A stretch of DNA of 63,392 nt from Eledone cirrhosa (lineage: Eukaryota). Under the pieces are notes generated by a model that was not told where the DNA came from, did no database searches, and saw only the letters and a list, made by a program, of their open reading frames with translations. Position numbers and translations under genes: made by a program. This document shows, piece by piece, positions 44,995-59,897 of this stretch; the stretch's first letter is position 1; each line of letters begins with the position of its first letter. The stretch covers positions 1 through 63,392 of the forward strand of contig CAXHJY010000217.1 in assembly GCA_964016885.1 (NCBI GenBank), written 5' to 3'.

Positions 44995-45444
44995 GTATGT
45001 ATATATATATATATGTATGTATATATATATATATATGTATATGTATGTATATATATATGTATATGTATGTATATATATATATATATGTATATGTATGTAT
45101 ATATATATGTATATGTATGTATATATATATGATAGCAGTTGAGCAGTTGAAGTATAAGGACGTGTTTTTACTTCTCTCCCCGAGTAAGCAGCAAGTCACA
45201 CAGCCACAAAACAAAACCACAAGACAAAACCAAACAAACAAAAATTGACCGGTTAATACATTTTCATACATCTATATTATTATATATTTGAAAATTGACC
45301 GGTTAATTCATTTTTCATACATCTATATTATTATATATTTGAAACCACGTGTTTTCGAACTTGTGAGTACATTTTCCTTTAACTACAAATTATTATTATA
45401 TACTTTCGTCTTTTCATTAACTTAATTAATTTCAAATAACCAGA

Positions 45445-45477
<33 letters not shown>

Positions 45478-45860
45478 CATATTTATATATATACGCTTCT
45501 CACTCACACACAAGAAAAACAAAAAAACAAAAATAAATCAAAAATAAATTTAAAAAAAATATATATATATTGAAATACTTAACTAAAACACACACACACG
45601 AACTTGTGAGTACATTTTCCTTTAACTACAAATTATTATTATATACTTTCGTCTTTTCATTAACTTAATTAATTTCAAATAACCAGAATATACATATATA
45701 TATATATATATATATACTCATATTTATATATATACGCTTCTCACTCACACACAAGAAAAACAAAAAACAAAAATAAATCAAAAATAAATTTAAAAAAAAA
45801 AAAAAAATATATATATATATTGAAATACTTAACTAAAACACACACACACTCAAAACTAGA

Positions 45861-47036
45861 ATGGCTAACCAGCAAAAATCCAAACAGAACTGGTCTGATA
45901 ATGAAATCGACATTCTAATAAACACATGGCATTGCCTTTCCCAAACAGAAAATATAGATGCTTCATCTCTGAACGACATTGCTAAACGTACAGTTCAATT
46001 TTTGAAAACTCGATCTGAACAACAGATTCAAAATAAATTAAAGCAAATCGAAATTGCTTTTAAATTAATCAATAAACATTTGGATAAACTACGGTGTGTT
46101 TTCTCTTCGAATGCTGTCCAGCAGCAGCAACAACAACAACAGCAGCTACAACAGCAACAGCAACAACAGCAACAACAACAACATCAACAACAGCTACAAC
46201 AACAACAACAACAGCAACAACAACAACAACAACGACAACAACAGTGTGAACCACTCCTTGATTCATCAACAATGGCCGATCTACTAAATGAAACTATTGA
46301 CCCCCCAGTAGCCTCTGTCTCACAGCATGAAACGCCACATCCTTTCTCTGACCCAGCAGTCCAATCATCACCACTGCCAACATCTCTGCCTACTACTACT
46401 ACTACTACTACAACATTTTTGTCTACTGCTATGTCAAGGAATTTACCTTCTAATACCAGAACAAGAACTCTCCCTCCCACAGTCCACAAAGGTCGTCAAA
46501 TCCTACCCAAACCATCATCTACACCTCTCACAACACCCACACCCACATACCCACCCACTCGAAACCCCATCATTTGCCGCTACTCTCTACGCTATAGAAT
46601 ATGTACGGATAGTGGCTGCAAATTCACCCATTTACCTAGGACAAAACGATCTATCCCCACAAACAGCCACCACCATAATACATACTCTAATTTAACACCA
46701 ACACAACCACCAATAACTCAAACAAGGAATCCACAAATCTGCCGTTTTTCCCTGCGAGACAGATTGTGTTTAGACCGGGATTGTCCCTTTACCCATCTCC
46801 CGGGGACCCGTCGGATAAATGAAAATAAAATTAAAAATAAAAGCAAAAACAAAAACCATAACCTACATAAAAATAACCACTACCACAGTCACCAACAGTC
46901 TTCTAAACAGGAAACTTCTTCCTCTTTTTTAGCCATAATGAATCTGGCAAAAGAACTGGAAAAAAACATTCGAGCTATCACCCAGCACCACCCTCCACTA
47001 TCACCCCACTGCACAAACTCCCATTGCTGCCATTAA
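45861..47036 (+). CDS. LINE ORF1: Myb/SANT-like N-terminus, polyQ, two CCCH zinc fingers
   Basis: WSDNEIDILINTW...RSEQQIQNKLKQI; CRYSLRYRICTDSGCKFTH and CRFSLRDRLCLDRDCPFTH (C-x8-C-x4-C-x3-H). Confidence 0.82.
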   Translation: MANQQKSKQNWSDNEIDILINTWHCLSQTENIDASSLNDIAKRTVQFLKTRSEQQIQNKLKQIEIAFKLINKHLDKLRCVFSSNAVQQQQQQQQQLQQQQQQQQQQQHQQQLQQQQQQQQQQQQRQQQCEPLLDSSTMADLLNETIDPPVASVSQHETPHPFSDPAVQSSPLPTSLPTTTTTTTTFLSTAMSRNLPSNTRTRTLPPTVHKGRQILPKPSSTPLTTPTPTYPPTRNPIICRYSLRYRICTDSGCKFTHLPRTKRSIPTNSHHHNTYSNLTPTQPPITQTRNPQICRFSLRDRLCLDRDCPFTHLPGTRRINENKIKNKSKNKNHNLHKNNHYHSHQQSSKQETSSSFLAIMNLAKELEKNIRAITQHHPPLSPHCTNSHCCH

Positions 47037-50000
47037 CAAACAAACAAATTAACAACACACCAAAACAATTAAAACCATCCACTCTCGCCTCTACATTTTT
47101 GCTTAACGCCCAAGGCATCAGCCCTTCCACCAATACTCAAAAATGGAAGATCAAATTCCTGGAGGACTGGATTGATGTCCATCCAAACCACATCCCTTTC
47201 TTCGTCCTCACTGAAACCCATCTCAGTAACCTCCACTTGGAAGCCGAGGTGAAAGTGAAAAATTTCAAAGCCATCCGTGCTGATCGCGCTGGCAGAAGAA
47301 AGGGCGGAACTGCCATTTATGTCCATAATTCTTTCTCAACAGAGGCTATGAACATATTCACTAATGGATACTGTGAGGCAGTCACTGTATTCAGTCAAAC
47401 CAACAACCTATTAGTAGTTGGGCTCTATAGGCCACCCCAAACGCCTGTACCATGCTTCAAGGAATGCCTCAACAGCATAAAGTGTTTCATCCAAGAGTGT
47501 CACCCTGACAACATCTTAATGATGGGGGACTTCAACCTCCCCGGAGTTGACTGGTCCACAAACACCCTGCCACCAGGTTCTTCTGCCTCAACCTCTGACA
47601 GGGAAGCTGTGGAATCGCTTCTTGACTTCATGGATGATTTCTTCCTATCCCAACTAGTGCTCGAACCAACGAGGTGCCACAAAAACGTCCTAGACTTAAT
47701 TTTCAGCAATCACACTGACAATATCCACAATATTGCAGTGGAGAAAACTCTACTCTCTGATCATGACATGGTTCTCTGTGATCTGAGATTCCACCGTCCA
47801 ATATACAAACCCAATGTCATTTCTCCTGTCCATCCGTTTGACGCTATGGATTTCCACAATGCAAACTGGGAAGCGATCAGTCATGATCTTGCACATGTCG
47901 ACTGGTCCTTCACGCACACTCATACACCCACTAACATCAAAAAGTCCTGGCAGACATTTGTGGACACTGTTACAAACATATGTGCTAAACACACCCCATT
48001 AAGAACTATAAACAAATCTAAGAGCAGAATCCCTAGAAATAGAAAAACACTCATCAGAAAAATTAAGAGAACGAACAAAAAAATCAACAAGCTGAAATAC
48101 TGTCAGCAGCAACACATCAACTTGACTGCCATTTCATCACTAGAGATTAAAAAACATAACCTCCAAAACAACATAATGTCCCTCATCAACAATCAGAGAA
48201 GAGCTGAAGAGGCCTGGGCCATTGAGAAGATCAAACTCAATCCCAAAGTGTTCTTTTCATTTGCAAAAAAACACAAAATCACTGGCTCTACTGTTGGCCC
48301 TCTAATTGATGAAAATGGCACTCTTCAAGACAATGCTAAAACCATGGGTGAGATACTGCAGAAACAATACTGCTCTGTTTTCAGCAATCCTGATATGGCC
48401 GATCTGGGCTGTATCGGCGATGTTACTCCCCATTACACCTTATCGGACATAACGTTTGGCGCCCCTGATGTCTTGGCGGCAATAAAGGAAATCAAGCATA
48501 ATTCAGCAGTAGGTCCCGATAGGTTCCCTGCTTGTGTCTTGAAGGCGTGTCAACACCAACTTGCTTCTCCTCTTGCCAATCTGTGGCGGAACTCACTGGA
48601 TGCTGGATATGTGCCAGAAAACCTTCTATCCCAGTCTGTTGTCCCAGTTTTCAAAAAGGGAAACAAATCCCTTGCCGTGAATTACCGTCCAATCTCACTC
48701 ACCTCTCATATCATTAAGGTATTTGAGCGAGTGGTGAGATCGCGAATGACCCACTTCCTTGAGAGTAACAATATGCTGAACTCCAACCAGCATGGATTCC
48801 GTAATGGAAGGGATTGCCTGACGCAACTACTGCATCACTTTGATGACATTTTGAGAGCCTTGGGAGAGGGTTCCAACACTGATGTTATCTACCTTGATTT
48901 CAGCAAGGCCTTTGACAGGGTTGATCATAACATTCTACTGAGAAAGCTGTCCAATATTGGTGTCACTGGAAAGCTGCTGCAGTGGATCAAGAGCTTCCTG
49001 TCAAACAGAACCCAACATGTTGTAGTTGAGGGAGTCAAATCAAGCCCAGCCAAAGTCAGTAGTGGAGTCCCACAAGGCACTGTGTTGGGCCCACTTCTCT
49101 TCATCATCTATATTAATGACATCACTGACATCATCAAACACAGCAACATTAAAATTTTCGCTGATGATTCCAAGCTCCAAAAGGTCATCAATGGCGTGGA
49201 TGACCGGATAAGCCTTCAGTCAGACCTACTGGCTGTTACCCAATGGGCAGAAAAGAACAACATGCTACTGAACGAAGACAAATTCGAACTGATCCACTTT
49301 GGAAAAGAGGATGCTCTGAAACTCCCGTACTCCCTTCCCTCCGGGGAAACTCTCGTGGCATCTAACAACATCAGAGACTTGGGAGTAACCGTGGACAGCA
49401 ACATAAGCTGGACCACGCATATAAGCAGCAAAGTTGACATGGCCCGCAGAATGTGTTCCTGGATCCTCAGAACCTTCCAGTCGAGAGATTCCCGCACCAT
49501 TATCCTTCTCTTCTCTACTTTCGCCCGACCACACCTTGAATACTGTTGTCCACTGTGGTCTCCCCACACGAAACAAAGTATCATGAAACTTGAAGCTCCT
49601 CAAAGGGCAATCACGAAAAAGATAGATGGCATGTCAGACCTTGACTACTGGGGTCGATTGGAAAACCTGAAACTTTACTCACTCCAACGTCGCCGTGAGC
49701 GTTATATTATCTGCATGATGTGGAAAATGTTCCATCATCACTGCCCAAATGATGTTGGCATCGCCTTCAAGATACACCCAAGGCTTGGGCCCCGTGCTAT
49801 CCGTCCCATTCAAAAATCTAAATCGCAACTCATAACAACAATACGGCACAATTATTTCACCTCAATCGGCCCTGCTCTCTTCAACATCACACCAGGACAC
49901 GTCAAAACAGAAACTGACCACACAAAATTCAAGAAGTCTTTGGACAATTCCTCCAAGTAATCCCGGACAAACCACCCACACCCGGATATGTCTCCGCAAA

Positions 50001-50043
50001 CAGTAATTCTCTTCTCGAATGGGCCATGGTGCCCAAATCCTGA
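46907..50043 (+). CDS. LINE ORF2 (APE endonuclease + RT, CR1 group); no upstream ATG; 1-nt frameshift near 49946
   Basis: LLNAQGI, LTETHL, LYRPP, MGDFNLP, SDHDMV; [45 protein letters not shown]; after the shift continues [25 protein letters not shown]...* at 50043. Confidence 0.9.
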
Positions 50044-50130
50044 ATTGAAAGACTTCGCCAGGTGGTGCTATTAAGTTAGACATGGCCTGGGCCAATACTG
50101 GCCAAAACATTTCAAAGTTATTCAAAGTTA

Positions 50131-50754
50131 TATGTATATGTATGTATATATATATATATATGTATATGTATGTATATATATATGTATATGTATGTATATA
50201 TATATATATATGTATATGTATGTATATATATATATATATGTATATGTATGTATATATATATGTATATGTATGTATGTATATATATATGTATATGTATGTA
50301 TATATATATGTATATGTATGTATATATATATGTATATGTATATGTATGTATATATATATGTATATGTATGTATATATATATGTATATGTATATGTATGTA
50401 TATATATATATATATGTATATATATGTATATATGTATGTATATATACATATGTATATATGTATGTATATATATGTATATATGTATGTATATATACATATG
50501 TATATATGTATGTATATATATGTATATATGTATGTATATATACATATGTATATATGTATGTATATATATGTATATATATATGTATATATACATATGTATA
50601 TATGTATGTATATATACATATGTATATATGTATATATATATATGTATATATATATATATGTATATATATGTATATATATATATGTATATATATGTATATA
50701 TATATATGTATATGTATGCATATATATGTATATATATATGTATATATATATATG

Positions 50755-50791
<37 letters not shown>

Positions 50792-50886
50792 GTATATATA
50801 TGTATATATATATATGTATATATATGTATATATATATGTATATATATGTATATATATATATGTATATATATGTATATATATATATG

Positions 50887-50917
<31 letters not shown>

Positions 50918-51056
50918 GTATATATATGTATATATGTATATATATATATGTATATATATGTATATATATATATGTATATATATGTATATATATATATGTG
51001 TATATATGTATATATATATATGTATATATATGTATATATATATATGTATATATATG

Positions 51057-51087
<31 letters not shown>

Positions 51088-51307
51088 GTATATATATATA
51101 TATGTATATATATGTATATATATATATGTATATATATGTATATATATGTATATATATATATGTATATATATGTATATATATGTATATATATGTATATATA
51201 TGTATATGTATATATATGTATATGTATATATATGTATATATATATGTATATATATGTATATGTATATATATATGTATATGTATATATGTATATATATATA
51301 TATGTAT

Positions 51308-51359
<52 letters not shown>

Positions 51360-51374
51360 GTATATGTATATATG

Positions 51375-51419
<45 letters not shown>

Positions 51420-52028
51420 GTATATGTATATATGTATATATATATATATGTATATATATATGTATATGTATATATATATGTATATATGTATATATATATA
51501 TGTGTATATATGTATATGTATATATATGTATGTATATATATATATATGTATATATATGTATATGTATATATATATGTATATATGTATATATATATATGTG
51601 TATATATGTATATGTATATATATGTATGTATATATATATATATGTATATATATGTATGTATATATATATATATGTATATATATGTATGTATATATATATA
51701 TATGTATATATATGTATGTATGTATATATATATGTATATATATGTATGTATATATATATATATGTATATATATGTATATATATGTATGTATATATATATA
51801 TGTGTATATATATGTATGTATATATATATATGTGTATATATATGTATGTATATATATATATGTGTATATATATGTATGTATATATATATATGTGTATATA
51901 TATGTATGTATATAGATATATGTGTATATATATGTATATAGATATATGTGTATATATATGTATATAGATATATATGTATATATATATATGTGTATATATA
52001 TGTATATAGATATATATGTATATATATA
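50131..52028. repeat. (TA)n/TATG microsatellite with local higher-order units
   Basis: Direct inspection. Confidence 0.99.
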
Positions 52029-53446
52029 AGGATTAGAATACTGGAGCGTGTTTGAGTCAAACACCCTCTTCGCATTATAGAAATGACGGTAAAAGGTATA
52101 GCTCAATGCAGTTAAACAGAGCCGAAAAATTAAGAGAGTAAAACAAAGAATCCTTTAATACATCAAAAGTTTTTATTAGCCGACAATGTTTCGTCCTATT
52201 AAGGACTCATCAGGGCAATCAAAACAACAAGAAGTAATTTCGGCAGATACAAGCCAGAAACTCTGAAGAATATGGGGTTTACATATACTAATGTCTTACA
52301 AGGATATAGGATAATAAAAATGAGGATAAAACTATAATAACTAAGGATGTAGATGACATTAAGAACCATATTACAAATATGGTCCAAAGTCACCAACTTA
52401 AATCTAAACAAATTTGGTTATATAGAACAGGAATTATATATAACACAGTATAATACATTCTAATAATAATATATCTATACCAACACTGAAATTCCAAATC
52501 AAAAATCAAAAGGTGCGATATATACATGTATATATGTGCGCACACACACACACACATTACAATACACATATCTATTTTCCATTACACAGAAATTAAGCCT
52601 CAAAAATATTAAAAATAAACATGGTAATAGTGAAAATAATGCTAATATATCTACCCAATATACATGGGGCAATAATTACAAGAAACACATATAATAAATA
52701 ATAAACAACAAAATTATATAATATAATACAATATAATAAAGTAGAATATATATAAAATAAGAATATATATAATTTCCGGTTAATTTACAGAAACAATATA
52801 GATGTCACAGTGAACATTATATTAACAATTACCATATGTACAACATGGTTCATATTGGGTTACATAATAAATGGGGAAATATCAATCATATAATATAATA
52901 CAATAATACTCAAAAAAACTATATTGGTACAGGGAACAATTATGATGTTACAGAAAAAATATGTTGTTACAGAAAAAATATATAGACATCTAACATGATA
53001 TGTAAAGTCTAAATACCGTAATGTTACATACTACAATATTAAAATATTAAAATATTAAAATATTAAGATATTAAAAAATATAAAGTTTAAGTATCTTAAT
53101 GTTATATATAATAAACGGTAAGTAATAAGGATCTATATCATAATGTAATATATCTTAAAAATAGGCATATAATATATAAATAAATACTTATAATTTCAAG
53201 GTTAGTAGACAGACATATGTGGATGAGCAAAGCCAGACAGTGAGTGGTAAATAAAACCAATCAACCGGAAATTACAAAACAAGGCAAATGTAAACACACT
53301 TAAGTCCCGCATTAAGAAATTTGGTAAGCACCCAGGAAAACGATCATTTTAAATGACTCCCAACCCTATATGATAAATTAATATTAAAAATATCAAACCC
53401 GTCCGATAAGGTAGTATAAAATTAGCTATAGTCTCAGTCATTAAAA
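52029..53446 (-). mobile_element. ORF-less AT-rich insert carrying a hammerhead; probable Penelope pLTR or retrozyme-like element
   Basis: Bounded by TA arrays; hammerhead followed by AATAAA on - strand. Confidence 0.55.
52175..52219 (-). ncRNA. Minimal type I hammerhead ribozyme
   Basis: attgcc-CTGATGA-gtcct(taat)aggac-GAAA-cattg-TC^ggctaat; canonical core, GUC cleavage site. Confidence 0.88.
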
Positions 53447-53573
53447 TATATATATGTATATATATATATGTATATATATATGTATATATGTATATATATA
53501 TGTATATATATATATGTATATATATGTATATATGTGTATATGTATATATATATATATATGTATATATATGTAT

Positions 53574-53607
<34 letters not shown>

Positions 53608-53776
53608 ATGTATATATGTGTATATATATATATATATGTATATATATATGTATATATATATGTATATATATATGTATATATATATATATATATGTGTATA
53701 TATGTATATATGTATATATATGCATGTATATATATGTATATATATATATATGTATGTATATATATGTATATATATG

Positions 53777-53807
<31 letters not shown>

Positions 53808-53938
53808 GTATATATATGTATATATATATATATATGTATATATATATGTATATATATATATGTATATATATATATGTATATATATATATGTATATATATA
53901 TATGTATATATATATATATGTATATGTATATATATATA

Positions 53939-55617
53939 TCATCATCATCATCATCATCATTTTACGTCTGCTTTTCCCTGCTTGCAAGGGTGGGACGGGT
54001 CTTATTCAGCACAGCATCTCTCCACTCGTCACGGTCCCTCGTCATCTCCACCGTGAGCTTCAATGATCTGAGGTCTGTTCTCACCACCTCCGCCCATGTT
54101 TTTCGTGGTCTACCTCTACCACGTCTTCCTTCAACTGGCATTTCCTGGCACTTCTTCACCCATCGGTCATCCTCCATGCGCATCACATGTCCATACCACC
54201 TCAGGCTCCTCTCCCGTACACTACATTCTATCCCTCTCAGACACAGTTTCTCTCTCAACACATTTATGCTGGGTCGTTCACGCACATTTACACTGCACAT
54301 CCAACGGAGCATGCTTGCCTCATTTCTCTCCAGCCGTCGCATATCCTCTGCGGTTGCTGCCCATGTCTCACTACCATGCAGCATCGCGCTCCTCACACAG
54401 GCATCATACAACCGGCCTTTCGTACGCAGGGAGAAACCCTTCTTCGTCAACAGAGGAAGCAGCTCCCTAAACTTCTTCCAACCCGTCCTTATTCTAGATA
54501 CTATGGCCTCGGAACACCCTCCATGCTAATCTGATCTCCTAGGTACCGGAAGCTATCCACCACTTCTATAGCGCCCTCTCGCATTTGAAAAATGTATCTA
54601 TCAGTGCGACTTCTACTGTCTAATTTCCCTGTACATCTACTGCATACATATTTCTCCCTACCTGTTAGTTTGCCTGCTATCCCGCTACATCTCTTGTGTA
54701 CCCAGGACCTGCATTGTGTGCATTTTATAGAATTTATGCCAGTTCCTTTTCTGCATATCGAACATGGCCATTTCCCTGACGGAATCAGGGTTTTGTACTC
54801 TTTTCTACTCATCAACACTTTTGTCTTAGCTAGATTTACTCTCAGTCCTCTTGCTTCCAACTGCTGTTTCCATAGCCGGAATTTATTCTCTAGCTCCTCG
54901 ACTGATTCTGCTATAAGAGCCAGATCGTCAGCATAGAGAAGTTCCCATGGACAGCCAGTCTTAAACTCCCCTGTTATGGACTATAATGAACAAGAGCGGG
55001 CTGAGGACCGAACCCTGATGTACTCCTACTTGTATCTGGAATTCCTCACTAAACTCCATTCCTACCCTGACTTTACTGAGAGTACCTCTGTACAAAGTTT
55101 GCACTGTCATCACAAGCCATTCCTCAACACCTAGCTTCCTTAGGGACCACCAGATGACAGATCGGGGTACCCTATCAAACGCCTTCTCTAGGTCAACAAA
55201 GGCTAAGTATAGTGGCTTATTCTTCTCTAAGAACCTCTCTTGCATTTGTCTCACCAAGAAGAGGGCATCTGTTGTACTCTTCCCAGGGACAAAACCAAAC
55301 TGCATCTCATCTAGTTTGACCCTTTCTCTAATTAGTTGTGCTAAAATCCTTTCTGCCACTTTCATAACCTGATCTATCAGTTTTATACCCCTATAATTGC
55401 TCCTCTCCAAAGCATCCCCTTTACCTTTGTAGCAATTTATGAGAATACTGCTGCACCAGTCTTTGGGTATGACACCACCATATATAGCCTGATTGATGAT
55501 GCGTGCAACCAGTTTAGTGCCTACGTCCCCTGATGCCTTCAGCATCTCAGCCCGATGGTCCGGCCGCCTTACCATTTTTCATTTCCCTAATCGCCTCTTG
55601 GACCCTATATTCGTCAA
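53939..55617 (-). mobile_element. 5'-truncated, frameshifted RTE family C copy (RT + PHD-like finger), (GAT)n tail directly after the stop
   Basis: Fragments 54961-55575 (AFVDLEKAFDRVP, GVHQGSVLSP), 54501-54960 (LYADD, WPCSIC..VHKRC), 53962-54450 ([17 protein letters not shown]). Confidence 0.92.
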
Positions 55618-55641
55618 TATGTATATATATATGTATATATG

Positions 55642-55750
<109 letters not shown>

Positions 55751-55751
55751 G

Positions 55752-55814
<63 letters not shown>

Positions 55815-56037
55815 GTATATATATATATGTATATATATATATATGTATATGTATATATGTATATGTATATCTATATATGTATATCTATATATGTATATCT
55901 ATATATGTATATATGTATGTATATGTATATATATATATATATGTGTATATATATATATGTGTATATATATATGTATATATATATATATATGTGTATATAT
56001 ATATGTATGTGTATATATATATGTATGTATATATAGA

Positions 56038-57064
56038 GATGTATAAGAGATGTAGCGGGATCTCAGGAAGCTTAATTAAGAATGTAGGATTCACATGCAG
56101 CAGCTGTGCTGAAACAGCAAGCAAACAGCCACAGGAAACAAGTACCACCAATCTCTGGGAGGGCCCTGTAGAAACAGTAGACAGCTTCTGCTACCTAGGT
56201 GACCGAATTAGCAACGGAGGTGGGTGCTCAGAAAGTACAATAACTAGGGTAAGAACGGGATGGAAGAAGTTTAGGGAACTACTACCACTGCTAGCTGCAA
56301 AAGGCTTCTCCCTCAGAATGAAAGGCAGACTGTATGATGCGTGTATCCGAACAGCGATGTTGCATGGTAGTGAGACCTGGGCGCTGAAGGTGGAAGACTT
56401 ACGTAGATTAGAGAGAAACGAAGCCTGCATGCTCCGATGGATGTGTAACAGTAATATACGTGAACGACAAAGCATAAATGAATTGAGAGAGAGACTGAGC
56501 ATAAGAGGAATCAAATGCTGCGTGCAGGAGAGGCGGTTACGCTGGTATGGACATGTGATGCGTATGAAGGATGACAGCTGCATAAAAAGGTGCAGAGCAC
56601 TAGAAGTTGATGGAAACCGCGGAGTGGGGAGACCCAAGATGACTTGGGATGAGGTGATAAAAGCCGACCTTACCCAACTACACCTCTCAAAGTCAATGAC
56701 ACACGACCGTGACTTCTGGCGTCACGCAGTAATACAGGGTACCCGACCTCCCATGGGTACATGCTGAAGCATATAAACAATATGCCCCCCCCCCCACCAT
56801 AAGGTGGTCGTGGAGGTGCCACGGCAAAAAAGCACCCAGCCCACACTGTAAAGTGGACGTGTAGGCGCCACGAAAAAGCACCCAGCACTCACTGTAAATG
56901 AGGTTGGTGTTAGGAAGGGCATCCAGCTGTAGAAATCAAGCCAGATCAGTTCCTGTATGGCAAGGCATGGTCAGCCGACCAGACACTGCCCACAACAGGA
57001 CAACCCGTCTAACCCATGCTAGCGTGGAAGAACGGACGTAAAACGGTGATGATGATGATGATGA
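56038..57064 (+). mobile_element. 5'-truncated RTE family B copy (ORF end at 56767, 3' UTR, (GAT)n tail)
   Basis: KRCSGISG...DSFCYLGD...[10 protein letters not shown]...[10 protein letters not shown]. Confidence 0.93.
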
Positions 57065-58230
<1,166 letters not shown>

Positions 58231-58382
58231 TTGGAATAGAATGAAACAAAATTTCATTTTTCACTCTTAGTACGGCACTTACTTAAATGTAAGTATGTAT
58301 GTATACGTACATACATATATGTATACAGACGTACACACTGAACTCACTCGATATGCAAATTAGGCTGCTCAGCCGTTAATTT

Positions 58383-58808
58383 TCATAAGGAAAGTATATA
58401 CTTTCGAACGTTCAATTCCCGAGATCCATGGTAAAATTCCCAAGATCCACGGTAAAATTCCCGAGATCCATGGACGAGTTCTCTCCAGCGGTCTCTGTCC
58501 CTCATTATCGCTGCCATGTCCTGCGTCTCCAACAGACCAGTGTCTGTCCTTAGGGCAACAACATGCGTTAACCTTGGTCTTCCTCTTCTAGTGTGTCCAT
58601 GTAGGGGCTCCCAAAGGAGCACTGAGTGCAATGTCAACTCTGGATGTCGGTGAGCATGTCCAGCCAACCTCAGTCTCCTCTGTGTCACTTTTGGGATGCT
58701 CCCATACAGCCCTGAGTTTTTCATCCTCAGTGTATACTGATTAATGTTCAGAGCCATCCTCAGCATTCTCGTGTAGCACCCATCCACCATCTGAGTGAGT
58801 TTCTTGGT
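58383..58808 (-). mobile_element. 3' fragment of a fourth RTE-clade LINE with 21-bp tandem repeats at the ORF end
   Basis: [41 protein letters not shown]; GSREFY-like repeat x3. Confidence 0.85.
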
Positions 58809-58889
58809 ATATATATATATATATCTATATATGTATATATGTATATGTATATATATGTATCTATATATGTATATATATATGTATATATG

Positions 58890-59020
<131 letters not shown>

Positions 59021-59082
59021 GTATATATATGTATATATGTATATGTATATATATATATGTATATATGTATATGTATATATAT

Positions 59083-59832
59083 ATCATCATTATCATCATC
59101 ATCACCGTTTTACGTCCGTTCTTCCACGCTAGCATGGGTTAGACGGGTTGTCCTGTTGTGGGCAGTGTCTGGTCGGCTGACCATGCCTTGCTCATACAGG
59201 AACTGATCTGGCTTGATTTCTACAGCTGGATGCCCTTCCTAACACCAACCTCATTTACAGTGAGTGCTGGGTGCTTTTTCGTGGTGCCTACACGTCCACT
59301 TTACAGTGTGGGCTGGGTGCTTTTTTGCCGTGGCACCTCCACGACCACCTTGCGGTGGGGGGGGGGGGGGATATTGTTTATATGTATCAGCATGTACCCA
59401 TGGGAGGTCGGGTACCCTGTATTACTGCGTGACGCCAGAAGTCACGGTCGTGTGTCATTGACTTTGAGAGGTGTAGTTGGGTAAGGTCGGCTTTTATCAC
59501 CTCATCTCAAGTCATCTTGGGTCTCCCCACTCCGCGGTTTCCATCAACTTATAGTGCTCTGCACCATTTTATGCAGCTGTCATCCTTCATACGCATCACA
59601 TGTCCATACCAGCGTAACCGCCTCTCCTGCACGCAGCATTTGATTCCTCTTATGCTTAGTCTCTCTCTCAATTCCTTTATGCTTTGTCGTTCACGTATAT
59701 TACTGTTACACATCCATCGGAGCATGCAGGCTTCGTTTCTCTCTAATCTACGTAAGTCTTCCACCTTCAGCGCCCAGGTCTCACTACCATGCAACATCGC
59801 TGTTCGGATACACGCATCATACAGTCTGCCTT
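59083..59832 (-). mobile_element. 5'-truncated RTE family B copy (inverted)
   Basis: Reverse complement of ~56322-57064 with a few substitutions, including a premature stop. Confidence 0.93.
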
Positions 59833-59897
59833 GTATATATATATAGATAGATAAATATACACGGGTGTGTATGATTGTGTATACAAGATTATATTAA

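Larger units (their letters stand above)
45131..50130 (+). mobile_element. Apparently full-length CR1-group LINE with two ORFs
   Basis: 5' UTR with ~50-bp and ~243-bp tandem duplications, ORF1, APE-RT ORF2, tail (ttcaaagtta)x2; both ends in TA. Confidence 0.9.

Noticed and set aside
46069-46489. Poly-V/C/N ORFs overlapping ORF1
   Set aside because: Alternative frames of the CAA/CAG tract
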